Of a DNA stretch of 64,000 nt, positions 10,687 to 20,535 are shown piece by piece. The stretch spans positions 992,001 to 1,056,000 of the forward strand of contig CAWHFW010000005.1 of the NCBI GenBank assembly GCA_963828735.1. The letters are read 5' to 3'. Position 1 is the stretch's first letter; every line of letters begins with the position of its first letter. Below the pieces are notes generated by a model that was given only the letters and a program-made list of their open reading frames with translations, did not search any database and had not been told where the DNA came from. The position numbers were made by a program, and so were the translations under genes. This DNA comes from an uncultured Gemmatimonadales bacterium. GTDB taxonomy: Bacteria > Gemmatimonadota > Gemmatimonadetes > Gemmatimonadales > GWC2-71-9.

Positions 10687-10865
10687 AAGGACGGCACCTA
10701 CACGGCGGCGCTCAACCTGCCGATCGGGGTGTTCCGAGTGGACATCACGCTCCAGGGCGCGGCGATCCAGGGGAATCCGTTCCAGATCATCGTGCCGTAC
10801 CCATTCTTCAACTGCGAGGTTTCGATTCTTCACCCCCAACACATCCGCCGGCACCCCCGACCCGC
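10687..10865 (+). repeat. direct repeat copy 2 (orphan 3' end of Ig-like gene)
   Basis: Matches 8694-8869; stop TAG changed to GAG. Confidence 0.95.
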
Positions 10866-11385
10866 TCACGCGGGTCGGTCCTCGTCAGCGGAGCGGGGTA
10901 ATCTGAGCGACATGGACCCTAGGTCTGACGCACCTCATTTCCGGTTGCCCTACCACCCCGCTATTCTCGACGCCGACTTGCCGCAGGCGCTATCGGGAGA
11001 GCCAAGTGGCCGAGATTGGCCGAGCGGGCGCGGGGTCAGTTACCTGACTGCCGGAGTGGCGGTCGGCTATCTATTGGGTAGAGTAGTTTTCCGGCTCGCC
11101 TTGGCCGGGGCGTCTATTGTTTGCGGTCTGGCGTTGGCTATCCTGAGCGCTGCGTTCGGCAGCGTTATTTCGACACGCCGGTGAACAGGCCCGCGCGGCT
11201 GACACGCGCGGCATGTAGATGGGTACGCAACAACCCTCTGCCGACTAGACCGGGCTAGGATCAGGAAGGAGAATCAAGGCGGGCCCGGGGACTAGCTAGC
11301 CGGAGGCTACGGGCTCGGGACCCGACTCTGCAGTTTTCAAGTCCCGAAGCTCGCGCCCTCCGGGCCTGCTCAAGGGAGGCGAGGC

Positions 11386-13791
11386 ATGGATACGGTACTC
11401 CAAGACCTCCGCCACGCTGTTCGGAGCCTTCGCCGCACTCCAGGGTTCGTCGCTATCGCGATCGTCACACTCGCCCTGGGGATCGGTCTGGCGACCGCGG
11501 TCTTCACGGTGGCTGAGACACTACTCCTGCGTCCGCTCCCCGTTCAGGACCAGGATCGCCTTGTCGTGCTGTGGGGTGAAGCGCGCGACCAGGCTTCCAA
11601 TTATCCCCTTGACCTCGATGACGCCAGTGAGTTCGCCCGGCGAACCCGATCGCTCGAGGGGATCGCGTTCTTCTCCTACTATGGCGCTACGCCCAAGCCA
11701 ATCCGCGACGGCGGCCAGATCTCGCGCCTCTCCCGCGCCCTCGTGTCCGGCACATTCTTCGAGGTGCTTGGCGCGCGGCCCTTGCTCGGCCGAGCGCTGC
11801 AACCGACGGACGACGTCAGCGGCGCAGCGCCGGTGCTGGTGCTGAGCTACCGTGCCTGGCAGCAGCGGTTCGGCGGTGACGCCCACGTCCTCGGGCGACG
11901 GGTCCTGACATACGATGACGGGGTAGCCTATACGATCGTCGGCGTGATGCCTCAGGGACTGGACTTTCCAAAAGGCACCGATTTCTGGGCACCGGTCGTC
12001 CCCTCGACGGCTCCCAAAGAGCTGTACCTCATCGGGCGGCTCGCGCCGGGCGCGACTGCCACCAGCGCCCTGGACGAGTTGACCAGGTTCTTCGGCCGCG
12101 CCGAGGCCTCAGCGTGGCAGCGAGAGTTGCGCGGCGCCGTCGACTCTCTCCCAAGGCTCATTCTGGGCGATACCAGGCCGGCGCTGATCGTCTTCGCCGC
12201 CGCAGCCGGGCTCCTCCTGCTGATCACGTGCATCAACGTCGCCAACCTGCTGCTGGTGCGAGGCCTCGGACGGGTGCGGGAGATCGCCGTACGATCGGCC
12301 CTCGGTGCGGACCGTCCGCGGGTGATCAGCCAACTGTTGACCGAGAACGCGCTCCTCGCCATCGGGGGCGGCGGGCTCGGCCTCGCCGTGGCGTACATGG
12401 CGGTCCGGCTCTTCGTTGCGGTCGCGCCGGCCGGCGTACCCCGCCTCGACGAGATTACCGTGAACGCCGCCGCCCTGGCCGGCGCGGTGGGAATCACCGG
12501 CATCGCGATGCTCGTGTTCGGCCTTGCGCCAGCGGTCATCGCGTCGCGCGTCGAGATAGACCAGGCGCTCCGGTCGGAGGCGCGACAGAGCGCCAGCCGG
12601 CGTTCCCGGCTGGGGACGGAGGCCCTTGTGGCGGGGCAGGTCGCGCTCGCCCTCATCGTCCTTTCGGCGGCGGGACTGATCGCCCGAAGCCTCATCAAGC
12701 TCGAGCGGGCCGAGCTCTCGTTCGAGTCGTCGCAACTCCTCATTGGCGATTTGACACTTCGCTACGAGCAGTACGACGACCCGACGAAGCAGCGAGCGAT
12801 GCTCGAGAGGTTGTTGCCGCGCCTGGAGGCGATCCCGGGTGTGCGTGCTGTCTCACCCGTCGTGGCGGTCCCCTTCTCGGGCGCCGGCGGATGGGACGGC
12901 CACCCCGCGGCCGAAGGACAGTCCGCAGAGGAGGCGGCCGCGAACCCGATGCTCAACATGGAAGTCGTGACGCCGGCTTACTTCGAGACGTTCAGCATAG
13001 CGGTGATCCGCGGGAGGCGCTTCACGGACCAGGATCGCGAGGGTGGTCCCGCTGTCGTGATGGTCAGTCAATCCGCCGCGCGGCACTACTGGCCGGGCGA
13101 GGATCCCATCGGGAAACGCCTGAGCATGGGAGCAGAGTCGGAGTGGACGGGCACCGTGGTCGGGGTTGTCCCGGACACGCGCTACCGCGATCTGCGAAAC
13201 GCCCGCCCGAGCATCTACTTCCCGCTCCGTCAGTCGTTCTTCCCCTACGTGCCCATGACACTGGCCGTCCGCACCAATAGCCCTCCGGCTGAGCTGGTCG
13301 CGCCGATTCGGCGCGTGATCAGCGAGAGCGAGCCTGGGGTCGCGCTGGCGAGCGCCGCACCGTTCGAGACGTTCCTGGCGGGGCCTCTGGCGCAGCCGCG
13401 CCTGAACGCGCTGCTCATCGCCCTGTTCGCGGCTGCCGCGGTCACGCTGGCGGCCGTCGGCCTGTTCGGTGCCGCGGCCGCCATGGTGCGACTGCGTGCA
13501 CGCGAGCTCGGCGTGCGGATGGCACTCGGTGCGAGCACAGGAGATCTACGGTGGATGGTGATGCGGCGCGGTCTCACGATCGCGGTGCTGGGATCGGCGC
13601 TGGGATTACTCGGCGCACTGCTGGCGAATCGTCTGCTGTCGGCCATGCTCTACGAGGTGACTCCGACTGACGTGGCGACGTTCGCAGCGGTCACCGGGTT
13701 CCTCCTGGGTGTCACGACACTCGCGATCCTCATCCCGGCTCAAGCAACTACGCGCATCGATCCCGTCATCGTGCTGCGGGCGGAAGGATAG
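11386..13791 (+). CDS. ABC transporter permease, duplicated MacB/FtsX (ADOP-type)
   Basis: MDTVLQDLRHAVRSLRRTPGF, CINVANLLL, REIAVRSALGA, ELGVRMALGA, IDPVIVLRAE. Confidence 0.92.
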   Translation: MDTVLQDLRHAVRSLRRTPGFVAIAIVTLALGIGLATAVFTVAETLLLRPLPVQDQDRLVVLWGEARDQASNYPLDLDDASEFARRTRSLEGIAFFSYYGATPKPIRDGGQISRLSRALVSGTFFEVLGARPLLGRALQPTDDVSGAAPVLVLSYRAWQQRFGGDAHVLGRRVLTYDDGVAYTIVGVMPQGLDFPKGTDFWAPVVPSTAPKELYLIGRLAPGATATSALDELTRFFGRAEASAWQRELRGAVDSLPRLILGDTRPALIVFAAAAGLLLLITCINVANLLLVRGLGRVREIAVRSALGADRPRVISQLLTENALLAIGGGGLGLAVAYMAVRLFVAVAPAGVPRLDEITVNAAALAGAVGITGIAMLVFGLAPAVIASRVEIDQALRSEARQSASRRSRLGTEALVAGQVALALIVLSAAGLIARSLIKLERAELSFESSQLLIGDLTLRYEQYDDPTKQRAMLERLLPRLEAIPGVRAVSPVVAVPFSGAGGWDGHPAAEGQSAEEAAANPMLNMEVVTPAYFETFSIAVIRGRRFTDQDREGGPAVVMVSQSAARHYWPGEDPIGKRLSMGAESEWTGTVVGVVPDTRYRDLRNARPSIYFPLRQSFFPYVPMTLAVRTNSPPAELVAPIRRVISESEPGVALASAAPFETFLAGPLAQPRLNALLIALFAAAAVTLAAVGLFGAAAAMVRLRARELGVRMALGASTGDLRWMVMRRGLTIAVLGSALGLLGALLANRLLSAMLYEVTPTDVATFAAVTGFLLGVTTLAILIPAQATTRIDPVIVLRAEG

Positions 13792-13857
13792 GCGTTGGGA
13801 TCATGATGGACAGCACTCGCCGTACTGGTACCAGGGACACATGGAGGATAGGGAGGT

Positions 13858-13949
13858 GCTGCACCGTCTTAGGAGCGCTGAGGAGAGAAGCGCTGCCTGC
13901 CAGGCGTGGTTTATGCTCGGAGACGCGGTCTAATACCAGATAGGCGGAC
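13858..13949 (+). mobile_element. attI-like site copy 2
   Basis: tggtttatgct...gcggtctaataccagATAGGCGG; similarity to copy 1 drops after the core site. Confidence 0.5.
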
Positions 13950-13994
13950 CGCGCCACCAACACGGTGTGGGGAAAGAACGGAGGGGCAACAGTC

Positions 13995-14381
13995 ATGCCG
14001 CATACCCAGGGACCGGCCCTTACGTCGGATCAGTGGGAAGCACGAGACTACCGCCAACCGGCGCGCGACCTGGATAGCTGGGCGAAATCTCGCTCGGGCG
14101 CACGTGAGGATGACGCGAGTGAGTACGTGGCCAAGCTGGGTCTCAACGAGACGGGCTCGGTCGTTGTCATGAACCGGGCCCACGACCGCGTCCTGGTCCC
14201 GCCACCCGCCCGCGCCCCATTAGCGGCGTTCGCGCTCGCCGAGCAGCCGTTCGGCTTCACGCTCGCGGACGCCGCGTTAGTGGAGGCCGCCGCGACTCAG
14301 AGTCAGCATCAGGAGGCCGCGGCGGCCTTGCGGGATCTTGGCCAACGGATCCGCGACCTTCTGTCGCCGGCGGCCGCCTAA
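13995..14381 (+). CDS. hypothetical protein (gene-cassette-like)
   Basis: GGAGG RBS; stop lies inside GCCTAAT; flanks TAGGCGG and CCGCCTA are complementary. Confidence 0.65.
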   Translation: MPHTQGPALTSDQWEARDYRQPARDLDSWAKSRSGAREDDASEYVAKLGLNETGSVVVMNRAHDRVLVPPPARAPLAAFALAEQPFGFTLADAALVEAAATQSQHQEAAAALRDLGQRIRDLLSPAAA

Positions 14382-14430
14382 TCCGCAAATGCAGCCGACA
14401 GGCCGTGGCTGGCCGGCGCCCCGCGCGGGA
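14376..14430 (+). mobile_element. attC left half (R''/L'')
   Basis: GCCTAATccgcaaATGCAGCCGAC. Confidence 0.55.
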
Positions 14431-14454
14431 ATCCGACGACCATGGGGCGAGCCT

Positions 14455-14826
14455 ATGCACTCTTCAGGTCTAGCGGCAGTGGGACGGTGCTTGCTGCTCG
14501 TCACGGCCCTCGGCGCCTGTACCGAGTGGCACGTAGAGGCGGCAAGCCCCAGCGACCTCGTGACCACCGCCCATCCGACGCGCCTTCGCGTCACGCAGAC
14601 GGATAGCACTCGTACCGTGGTCGAGGCCCCTGTCATCGTGGGGGATTCCCTCCGAGGCCAGGTGCAGGGAAGTGCCTGGGCGATCGCCCTTCCGGACATT
14701 GCCGCCGTGGCGGTGCGACGTCCGAGCGATGAGCGCAGCGCAATCCTGGTAGGAGGCGTCCTCGTGGCCGCCGGGACGATCGCGTTCAGCACGGGTAGCG
14801 ACGGCCCGAGCACGCTTCGGAAATGA
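14455..14826 (+). CDS. small lipoprotein with C-terminal TM (CTxW family)
   Basis: LGAC lipobox; similar to 15149 and 21793 ORFs. Confidence 0.7.
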   Translation: MHSSGLAAVGRCLLLVTALGACTEWHVEAASPSDLVTTAHPTRLRVTQTDSTRTVVEAPVIVGDSLRGQVQGSAWAIALPDIAAVAVRRPSDERSAILVGGVLVAAGTIAFSTGSDGPSTLRK

Positions 14827-14850
14827 CCGACCGGGTGCCTATTGCTTGGC

Positions 14851-14875
14851 GCCTAACCCGCGCATGCAGCTGAAT
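14851..14875 (+). mobile_element. attC left half (R''/L'')
   Basis: GCCTAACccgcgcATGCAGCTGA. Confidence 0.6.
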
Positions 14876-15148
14876 CGCAGCCGGGCCCCGGCGGAGCGTG
14901 CCTCCTCAGTCTGAAGCGGCTAACCCCTTTCCGCCACCAGCGCTGCCCGCCCGTCCGAACTGCCGATCCCTCCTGACGTACTCCACCATCGAGGCTGCGA
15001 CCGCCTGGATGCCTCCTCTCCCGGCTTGACTGGCGCTTGAGCGCCCTCCCAGAGCTTCCGGTCACAAGCTCGATGGACACCTCAGGCCGATGATCCATAC
15101 GCCCGGGCGGGAACCGATCCTTCATTCCGAGGCAGACGGGAGCTACCC

Positions 15149-15538
15149 ATGATCAAGTCCGAGACGATGGTGCTCTTGCTGGCTGTGGGCTGGCTGAGTG
15201 CCTGCACGAGCTGGACGATCCAGTCGGCTTCGCCCCAGCAGGTCCTGGCCGAGCACCAGCCCGAGAAAGTTCGGGTTACCCGCGCCGACAGTACGACCGT
15301 CGTCCTGAACCAGCCCGAGATCGCGGGCGACACGCTCTACGGGATCGGGCAATCGCAGGCCTCCGGAGGGCACGCAGACCGAAGCGGCGTGGCTCTGGCG
15401 GACGTGAAGTACGTCGCTATCCGGAAAGGGGATGCGACGAAGACCGTCCTCCTCGGGGTGGGGTCGGCGGCCGTAGGGGTTGGCACCCTGTACTTGATCG
15501 CCGCCCTTGCCTATGCGAATTCGAGTTCTGTATGGTGA
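15149..15538 (+). CDS. small lipoprotein with C-terminal TM (CTxW family)
   Basis: GGAG RBS; LSAC lipobox; paralog of 14455 and 21793. Confidence 0.75.
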   Translation: MIKSETMVLLLAVGWLSACTSWTIQSASPQQVLAEHQPEKVRVTRADSTTVVLNQPEIAGDTLYGIGQSQASGGHADRSGVALADVKYVAIRKGDATKTVLLGVGSAAVGVGTLYLIAALAYANSSSVW

Positions 15539-15624
15539 GTCGTCGCACCTGGTCGGATTCATGCAGAGGTTCCTCGGGAGGTCTGTGCGAGGCGAACAGC
15601 TCGAGGATGTTGAACGGGGTGACG

Positions 15625-15752
15625 TGCAGGAGCCGACGGCCCGATCATTCCCGAGCTTCTTTCGGACACCGATCGCCGATGATGATCAGCGGTCCGTAAG
15701 TTGGCGCGGTCGCGAGGACGATGGCCTGCAGCTGACTTGCATTCCGTTAGGC
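15625..15752 (+). mobile_element. attC with eroded left end and intact L'/R'
   Basis: gcagCTGActtgcattccGTTAGGC. Confidence 0.6.
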
Positions 15753-15775
15753 CGCGAGGCTATGTGTCGCTGAAG

Positions 15776-16138
15776 ATGAAGTTAGACCACACGCTGCTCG
15801 CTCTGGCGGTTCTCATGCTCTTTGCCCTGGCGTGTGTGGGGATTAAGGGCGGGATCGATCAGTGGCCGGCATTGCAATCCCTTAGCCAGAAGGTCCAGAG
15901 CGGTGCCCAGCTCGGCTACGGGGTTTTCTCTATACTTGCGGTAGCATCAGGGGCCACCCATGCACGTCGAGCTCGGGTCATTCAGGGGTGTTGGCTCGCG
16001 TGCCTCACGACCGCAGGCGGCTTAGCGCCTAAGGTATGGGGCGGGTTGGGTTGGGGATCTGTACCGGTTGCGGCGGTCGTCACCCTCGCCATCGGCTTCA
16101 GCATACTGTGGTTGTTGCGCCGTGGACTTGCGGCCTAA
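15776..16138 (+). CDS. 4-TM hypothetical protein (integron cassette ORF)
   Basis: Bounded by GTTAGGCCGCGAG and CTTGCGGCCTAAC; stop codon lies in R''. Confidence 0.7.
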   Translation: MKLDHTLLALAVLMLFALACVGIKGGIDQWPALQSLSQKVQSGAQLGYGVFSILAVASGATHARRARVIQGCWLACLTTAGGLAPKVWGGLGWGSVPVAAVVTLAIGFSILWLLRRGLAA

Positions 16139-16195
16139 CAGCGCACGGGAGGCCTGGCGCGGCGCATCTCGTCCCTGGCGCGGCGGGTCTGGCCT

Positions 16196-16228
16196 GATTC
16201 GCGCCACGCGGATCCGGCGGCGCGAATC
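16196..16228. terminator. 10-bp stem hairpin between convergent genes
   Basis: gattcgcgcc...ggcgcgaatc. Confidence 0.5.
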
Positions 16229-16257
16229 GCGACCGTGGGGCTGGGACCAAGTCGCGG

Positions 16258-16761
16258 CTAGGCGAACGGGTTCTCGTCCGCACTCGGTCCATAGATGGAG
16301 GGGATCGGAACGCCCAGTTCTCGCAGGTACACCGTCAGCTGCCCGCGATGATGGTACCAGTGGTTGAGCATGACCGACCGCAGCATCGCTGCCCGCGTCG
16401 TGGCGAAGAGCTCCCGTTCGCCGTTCGTCAGTCGCCACGTCGCCGTCAGCGCTCCGTCGTCCATACCGCCGAGCACCTGCTTCGCCGTCGCGATGCTCTG
16501 GTCGAGCGCGGGCATGAGCTCCAAGCTGCTCGCCGGGCTGGGGTCTTGCCCAACCTGGGGCGCTCGAGCCGGCGATGCCGAGGCAACGAGCTGGGCGACT
16601 CCGCCGGGCACGATCGCGACATGCAGTGCAAGCTCGCCCAGCGTCCTCGCCTTTTCGTGTGGCCGCCACTCCAGCCGGTCGTCCGGGACTCGTTCGAGGA
16701 CTCGGCGCGTCGTCACCGCTTCATCCTCCAGCTCCCGCAGCATGCCGTCGATCAGTGCCAT
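16258..16761 (-). CDS. DinB family protein
   Basis: WRPHEKARTLGELALH, NHWYHHRGQLTVYLRELGVPIPSIYGPSADE. Confidence 0.9.
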   Translation of the reverse strand: MALIDGMLRELEDEAVTTRRVLERVPDDRLEWRPHEKARTLGELALHVAIVPGGVAQLVASASPARAPQVGQDPSPASSLELMPALDQSIATAKQVLGGMDDGALTATWRLTNGERELFATTRAAMLRSVMLNHWYHHRGQLTVYLRELGVPIPSIYGPSADENPFA

Positions 16762-16793
16762 TCAGCTACCCTCCGTCCTCAGTGCACATCGGG

Positions 16794-17243
16794 TTACGGC
16801 TTCTCCACCCGGCGCCGAATCCGGTCGACCAGGAGCGGCCAGCCCTGCGACAGCGCCTCACGATAGCCGTCGGGAAACAGGCCCAGCGCCGTGTGACGGA
16901 GCGCGATCCAAGTCCCGCCGTCGGTCTCCTTGAGCCGGTACTGCAGATTCGACGACACGGCGAACGACATCATCAGCGGTCCCGTGATCTCGAGCAGCGT
17001 GGGTCGCTTGATCGCCTGCACGTGACCCCACAAGTGCCCATTGCCGTCACCGAGGTCGCGGAACCAACGGCCGCCGGGCCAGGGCTCGAGCGTCATCGGC
17101 ATGGGTGTGCCGTTGTGTCCTTCGTTCGAGGGGCCCATCTCCTCGAGCAGCGCCGCAAAGGTCGCGGCGAGGGGCGCGCGAACGTGGGTCTCCTCCGCAA
17201 TGCTGAGCGAGAGGTTATCGATTCCTGGGGCGATCGCGGTCAT
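16794..17243 (-). CDS. SRPBCC domain protein
   Basis: LEPWPGGRWFRDLG, HLWGHVQAIKRP; ATGA overlap with ArsR gene. Confidence 0.85.
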   Translation of the reverse strand: MTAIAPGIDNLSLSIAEETHVRAPLAATFAALLEEMGPSNEGHNGTPMPMTLEPWPGGRWFRDLGDGNGHLWGHVQAIKRPTLLEITGPLMMSFAVSSNLQYRLKETDGGTWIALRHTALGLFPDGYREALSQGWPLLVDRIRRRVEKP

Positions 17244-17602
17244 GGTTGTCTCCTCTGAGTGCCGTCCCCGTCACTCCGCTTCGATTGCTGCTCGGCGCGT
17301 TCCTTGACTCGGGTGAGCTGCTGGCGCCAGTAGCGCTCGAATCGGCTGGTCCATTCGTGGACCGGTTTGATTGCCTCTGCGTTGGTACGATAGAACGCCT
17401 GGCGGCCGTCGCGCCGCACCTCTACCAGGCCGACCTCCAGAAGCACCCGGAGGTGCTTGGAGACCGACGGTTGCGCCAGCCCCAGCGCCACGACGATGTC
17501 GCCGACGGGGCGCTCGGCGGGCGCGAGGAAGTCCAGGATGTCTCGCCGGCGGGGTTCGGCGACGGCGTTGAAGCTGTCGGAGGTCGTGGCGGCACGAGAC
17601 AT
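17240..17602 (-). CDS. ArsR/SmtB family transcriptional regulator
   Basis: FNAVAEPRRRDIL, QPSVSKHLRVL. Confidence 0.9.
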   Translation of the reverse strand: MSRAATTSDSFNAVAEPRRRDILDFLAPAERPVGDIVVALGLAQPSVSKHLRVLLEVGLVEVRRDGRQAFYRTNAEAIKPVHEWTSRFERYWRQQLTRVKERAEQQSKRSDGDGTQRRQP

Positions 17603-17841
17603 GGGTCGAATTATATGTCGATATGGGAATATGTCAATGGGCCAACTCGGGGCGAGGCCTCGTGGTGAAGCGAAGTAACCACTTCACGCCGAGTGGGCGG
17701 GTCGGTTACTGGACTCAGCGAGGGAGATGGGATCGCGCCGGCCTGGCAATAGACGCACGACGCTAGGTATTGGAAGCTGCGGGGCGGCCGAGCCAGCTGC
17801 CCGTGATCATCCCCGGGAACTCCCGGGGAGCGGCGCCAAGC

Positions 17842-18714
17842 TCAACACGAAGGATCGCCGTACTTGAGCTTCAGCGGCTGCCCCAGCTTCTCAGTCAATG
17901 CCTCGAGATCGGGCCTCCCCTCGGGAACCTTCTCGTGCCCCACGCCGCCGGGCTCGATCACCGCCCGCGCGGTCTTGGAGATTCCGAGAAGGATCTTCAC
18001 TCGCCCGCGCATCACCTGCCACTGGTCGGGCGAAACGGCCATCAGGTTCCGCTTGAGGTCCGGCTTGCCCACCACCGCGAAGATCGCCGACAGGAAGCCG
18101 AGCGGCTTGACCGAGATGCCGTCGATCTCGTCGTACAGCACCATGTCCGGGTACTCCACCAGCTTGAAGTGGATCACCCGGCTGTTGTGCACCTCCACGT
18201 GCGGCGCCGAGAGGGTGTCCTGGTAGGTGAACGAGGACGGCGCGTCGCCGGAGTCCGGCCAGGCGATGGTCACGTCGAGCGCGAGCAGCGGCGCGGGCCC
18301 CTCCACGACCTGCCGGAGCACGCCCGGCCCGTAGTCCAGGCTCACGTTCTGGTGGTGCTCGAAGCCCGATCTCGCCGCCTCCGACATCCCCGCATAGGTG
18401 ACACCCGCGGTCTCCATGTGGGCCGTGAACCAGTCAGACTGATCGATGAACAGCCGGGTGACCCCCGGCGCCTCCTGCATGCGCCGGTGCACCAGCTTGA
18501 GCAGCGCCTCTGTCCCGAACCGCATGGACGTGGTCGTGGCCGTGAGGTTGTAGTCGCCGTGGGTGGCCATGGCGTGGAGCATCTCGTCGCGCGTCGCCCG
18601 GTAGGGCTGGGCGCAGGCGGTGGATGCGCTCGCCGGCCGACGGAGGGAAGTGCCCGGCGCCGTGAGCAACGGTACGAGGATCGCCAGCAGGGCGAGTCGG
18701 CGGCGGCCTCGCAT
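17842..18714 (-). CDS. secreted hypothetical protein
   Basis: Signal peptide MRGRRRLALLAILVPLL; TGATG overlap with kinase stop. Confidence 0.75.
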   Translation of the reverse strand: MRGRRRLALLAILVPLLTAPGTSLRRPASASTACAQPYRATRDEMLHAMATHGDYNLTATTTSMRFGTEALLKLVHRRMQEAPGVTRLFIDQSDWFTAHMETAGVTYAGMSEAARSGFEHHQNVSLDYGPGVLRQVVEGPAPLLALDVTIAWPDSGDAPSSFTYQDTLSAPHVEVHNSRVIHFKLVEYPDMVLYDEIDGISVKPLGFLSAIFAVVGKPDLKRNLMAVSPDQWQVMRGRVKILLGISKTARAVIEPGGVGHEKVPEGRPDLEALTEKLGQPLKLKYGDPSC

Positions 18715-20351
18715 CAGCGCGGCTCCGGAGCGCCGAGCGCGACCTCGACGCGCGTGGGCCACGAGGTCGGGAAATCGCTGGACGGAGGCGGCCGGGTGGA
18801 ACCCAGGTTGGCCTCCCACCACGCCCGCGCGTCGGCCTGCGTCCAGGGCGACACATCCGCCTCCGCCAGCCGCCGGGACAGCTCTCCGGCGTCGGGTGGC
18901 CGGTCGCCCGGTTCCTTGGCCAGGCACGCGAGGATCACGTCCTCGAGCCGCGGCGGAATCGGGCTGCCCGAGCGGATCGAGGGCGGAATCGGCTCGGCCT
19001 TGAGGTGCCGGGCGATCATCACGACGGCGCTCTCCGCCTCGAACACCCTCACCCCGGTGAGCAGGAAGTAGCCCACGCAGCCGAGCGCGTAGAGATCGAG
19101 CCGGCCGTCCAACGAATCGCCGGTGAGCATTTCCGGCGCCATGTAGGCCGGCGTGCCCGGGGTGAGGCCGGGCGCGCTCAGAAAGGTCTGGGTGTGGCCC
19201 GTGCTCTCGTCGTGCTTGACCAACCCGAAGTCCAGCACCTTGACGAAGTCGTGCTCGAGGCCGAGCCGGCACAGGTGGATGTTGGCGGGCTTGATGTCGC
19301 GATGGACCAGCCCGTGGACGTGCGCCTCCTCGAGCGAGTCACAGGCCTGCCGCAGCAGGTGCACCACCCGGCCGGGAGTCTGCGGGCCGTAGCGGCGCAC
19401 CAGGGTCTCGAGGTCGATCCCGTCGAGCAGCTCCATGACCAGGTAGAACCGTCCGTCGGCGGTCACGCCGAAGTCGTAGAGCTGGATCGTGTGGGGCGAC
19501 CGCAGGCTCGCCGCCGCCTCGGCCTCGCGCCGGAAGCGCTGCACGGCGAGCCGCGACATGCTCGCGCCGTCGTCCAGGGCGCCCTCCGGCCGGATTAGCT
19601 TGATGGCCGCCGGCCGCGCCAGCAGTCGATGATGCGCATGATACACCTCTCCCATGCCGCCCTGGCCGATCAGGTCGCCCAGCCGGTAGCTCCCCATCTC
19701 CCGTGCGCGACGAACCTGACGGCTCATCCTGGCGAGCACCTGAGACGGCACCACGGCGAGCACCGCGCACACGTAGTTGGCGAGGTAGGCCCACACCATC
19801 GCCCCCATCGGCGGAAGCGCCACGCCCCGAAGCCATGCGATGCCGAGGCCCACCGGGTCCATGCTCGCCGCCAGCAGCGAGCCGATCAGGATCTTTCTCG
19901 GGGGCCCCGGTACGATCGACGGATGCAGCAGGACCAGGGCACAGATCCAGGAGAGGCGCCCCCCGAGGATCTGGGTGGGCTGCCACTGGTTGATGACGCC
20001 GAGGGCAAACGCCAGCACCAGCTCGTAACCAAGGCTGAGGTCGACCAGCGTGCCCGGCTGCCTGCAGGAGGGTGCGAACTGGTACACCAGGAGGGAGACC
20101 AGGATGCAGGCCACCGCCAGCGCATCGGCGACCCGCGTCCAGGGCACTACCTGCGTCTCGCTCACGTGGAGTAAGGGGAGAATGAGGTGGTTGACGAGGA
20201 TCGCAGTGAGCCAGAGGGCAACCCACACGATACACGCCACCCGCAACCGGCGGACGCTGTCGTCCAGCAGATCGCCTGAAACCGGGCTGACGAGTGGTGT
20301 CGCCATCGCGCCCGAGGTCTGCAACTCGGGCTGGACCAGCGGAGTGGTCAT
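18714..20351 (-). CDS. Ser/Thr protein kinase with N-terminal multi-TM domain
   Basis: GQGGMGEVY, AAIKLI, HRDIKPAN, DFG, GTPAYMAPE. Confidence 0.92.
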   Translation of the reverse strand: MTTPLVQPELQTSGAMATPLVSPVSGDLLDDSVRRLRVACIVWVALWLTAILVNHLILPLLHVSETQVVPWTRVADALAVACILVSLLVYQFAPSCRQPGTLVDLSLGYELVLAFALGVINQWQPTQILGGRLSWICALVLLHPSIVPGPPRKILIGSLLAASMDPVGLGIAWLRGVALPPMGAMVWAYLANYVCAVLAVVPSQVLARMSRQVRRAREMGSYRLGDLIGQGGMGEVYHAHHRLLARPAAIKLIRPEGALDDGASMSRLAVQRFRREAEAAASLRSPHTIQLYDFGVTADGRFYLVMELLDGIDLETLVRRYGPQTPGRVVHLLRQACDSLEEAHVHGLVHRDIKPANIHLCRLGLEHDFVKVLDFGLVKHDESTGHTQTFLSAPGLTPGTPAYMAPEMLTGDSLDGRLDLYALGCVGYFLLTGVRVFEAESAVVMIARHLKAEPIPPSIRSGSPIPPRLEDVILACLAKEPGDRPPDAGELSRRLAEADVSPWTQADARAWWEANLGSTRPPPSSDFPTSWPTRVEVALGAPEPR

Positions 20352-20535
20352 GGCAAACGACCTGTTGGGGGGGCAAGACGAATCTGCCTCGCGGTCCACT
20401 CGTTGCCAAGCCCTGAGGTTGCGAGGTGAGTGCCCTATCCAGCCACGGACGTTGGAGACGAGATGTGAGTGTCTGAGCATGGCTGTGTCCTTCAGCGATC
20501 TAATTACCGGCCACTGAGACCCAGCCAGGCTTTAC

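Noticed and set aside
10729..11184. 151-aa ORF as a real gene
   Set aside because: Chimera of the duplicated Ig-gene tail and an unrelated hydrophobic fragment.
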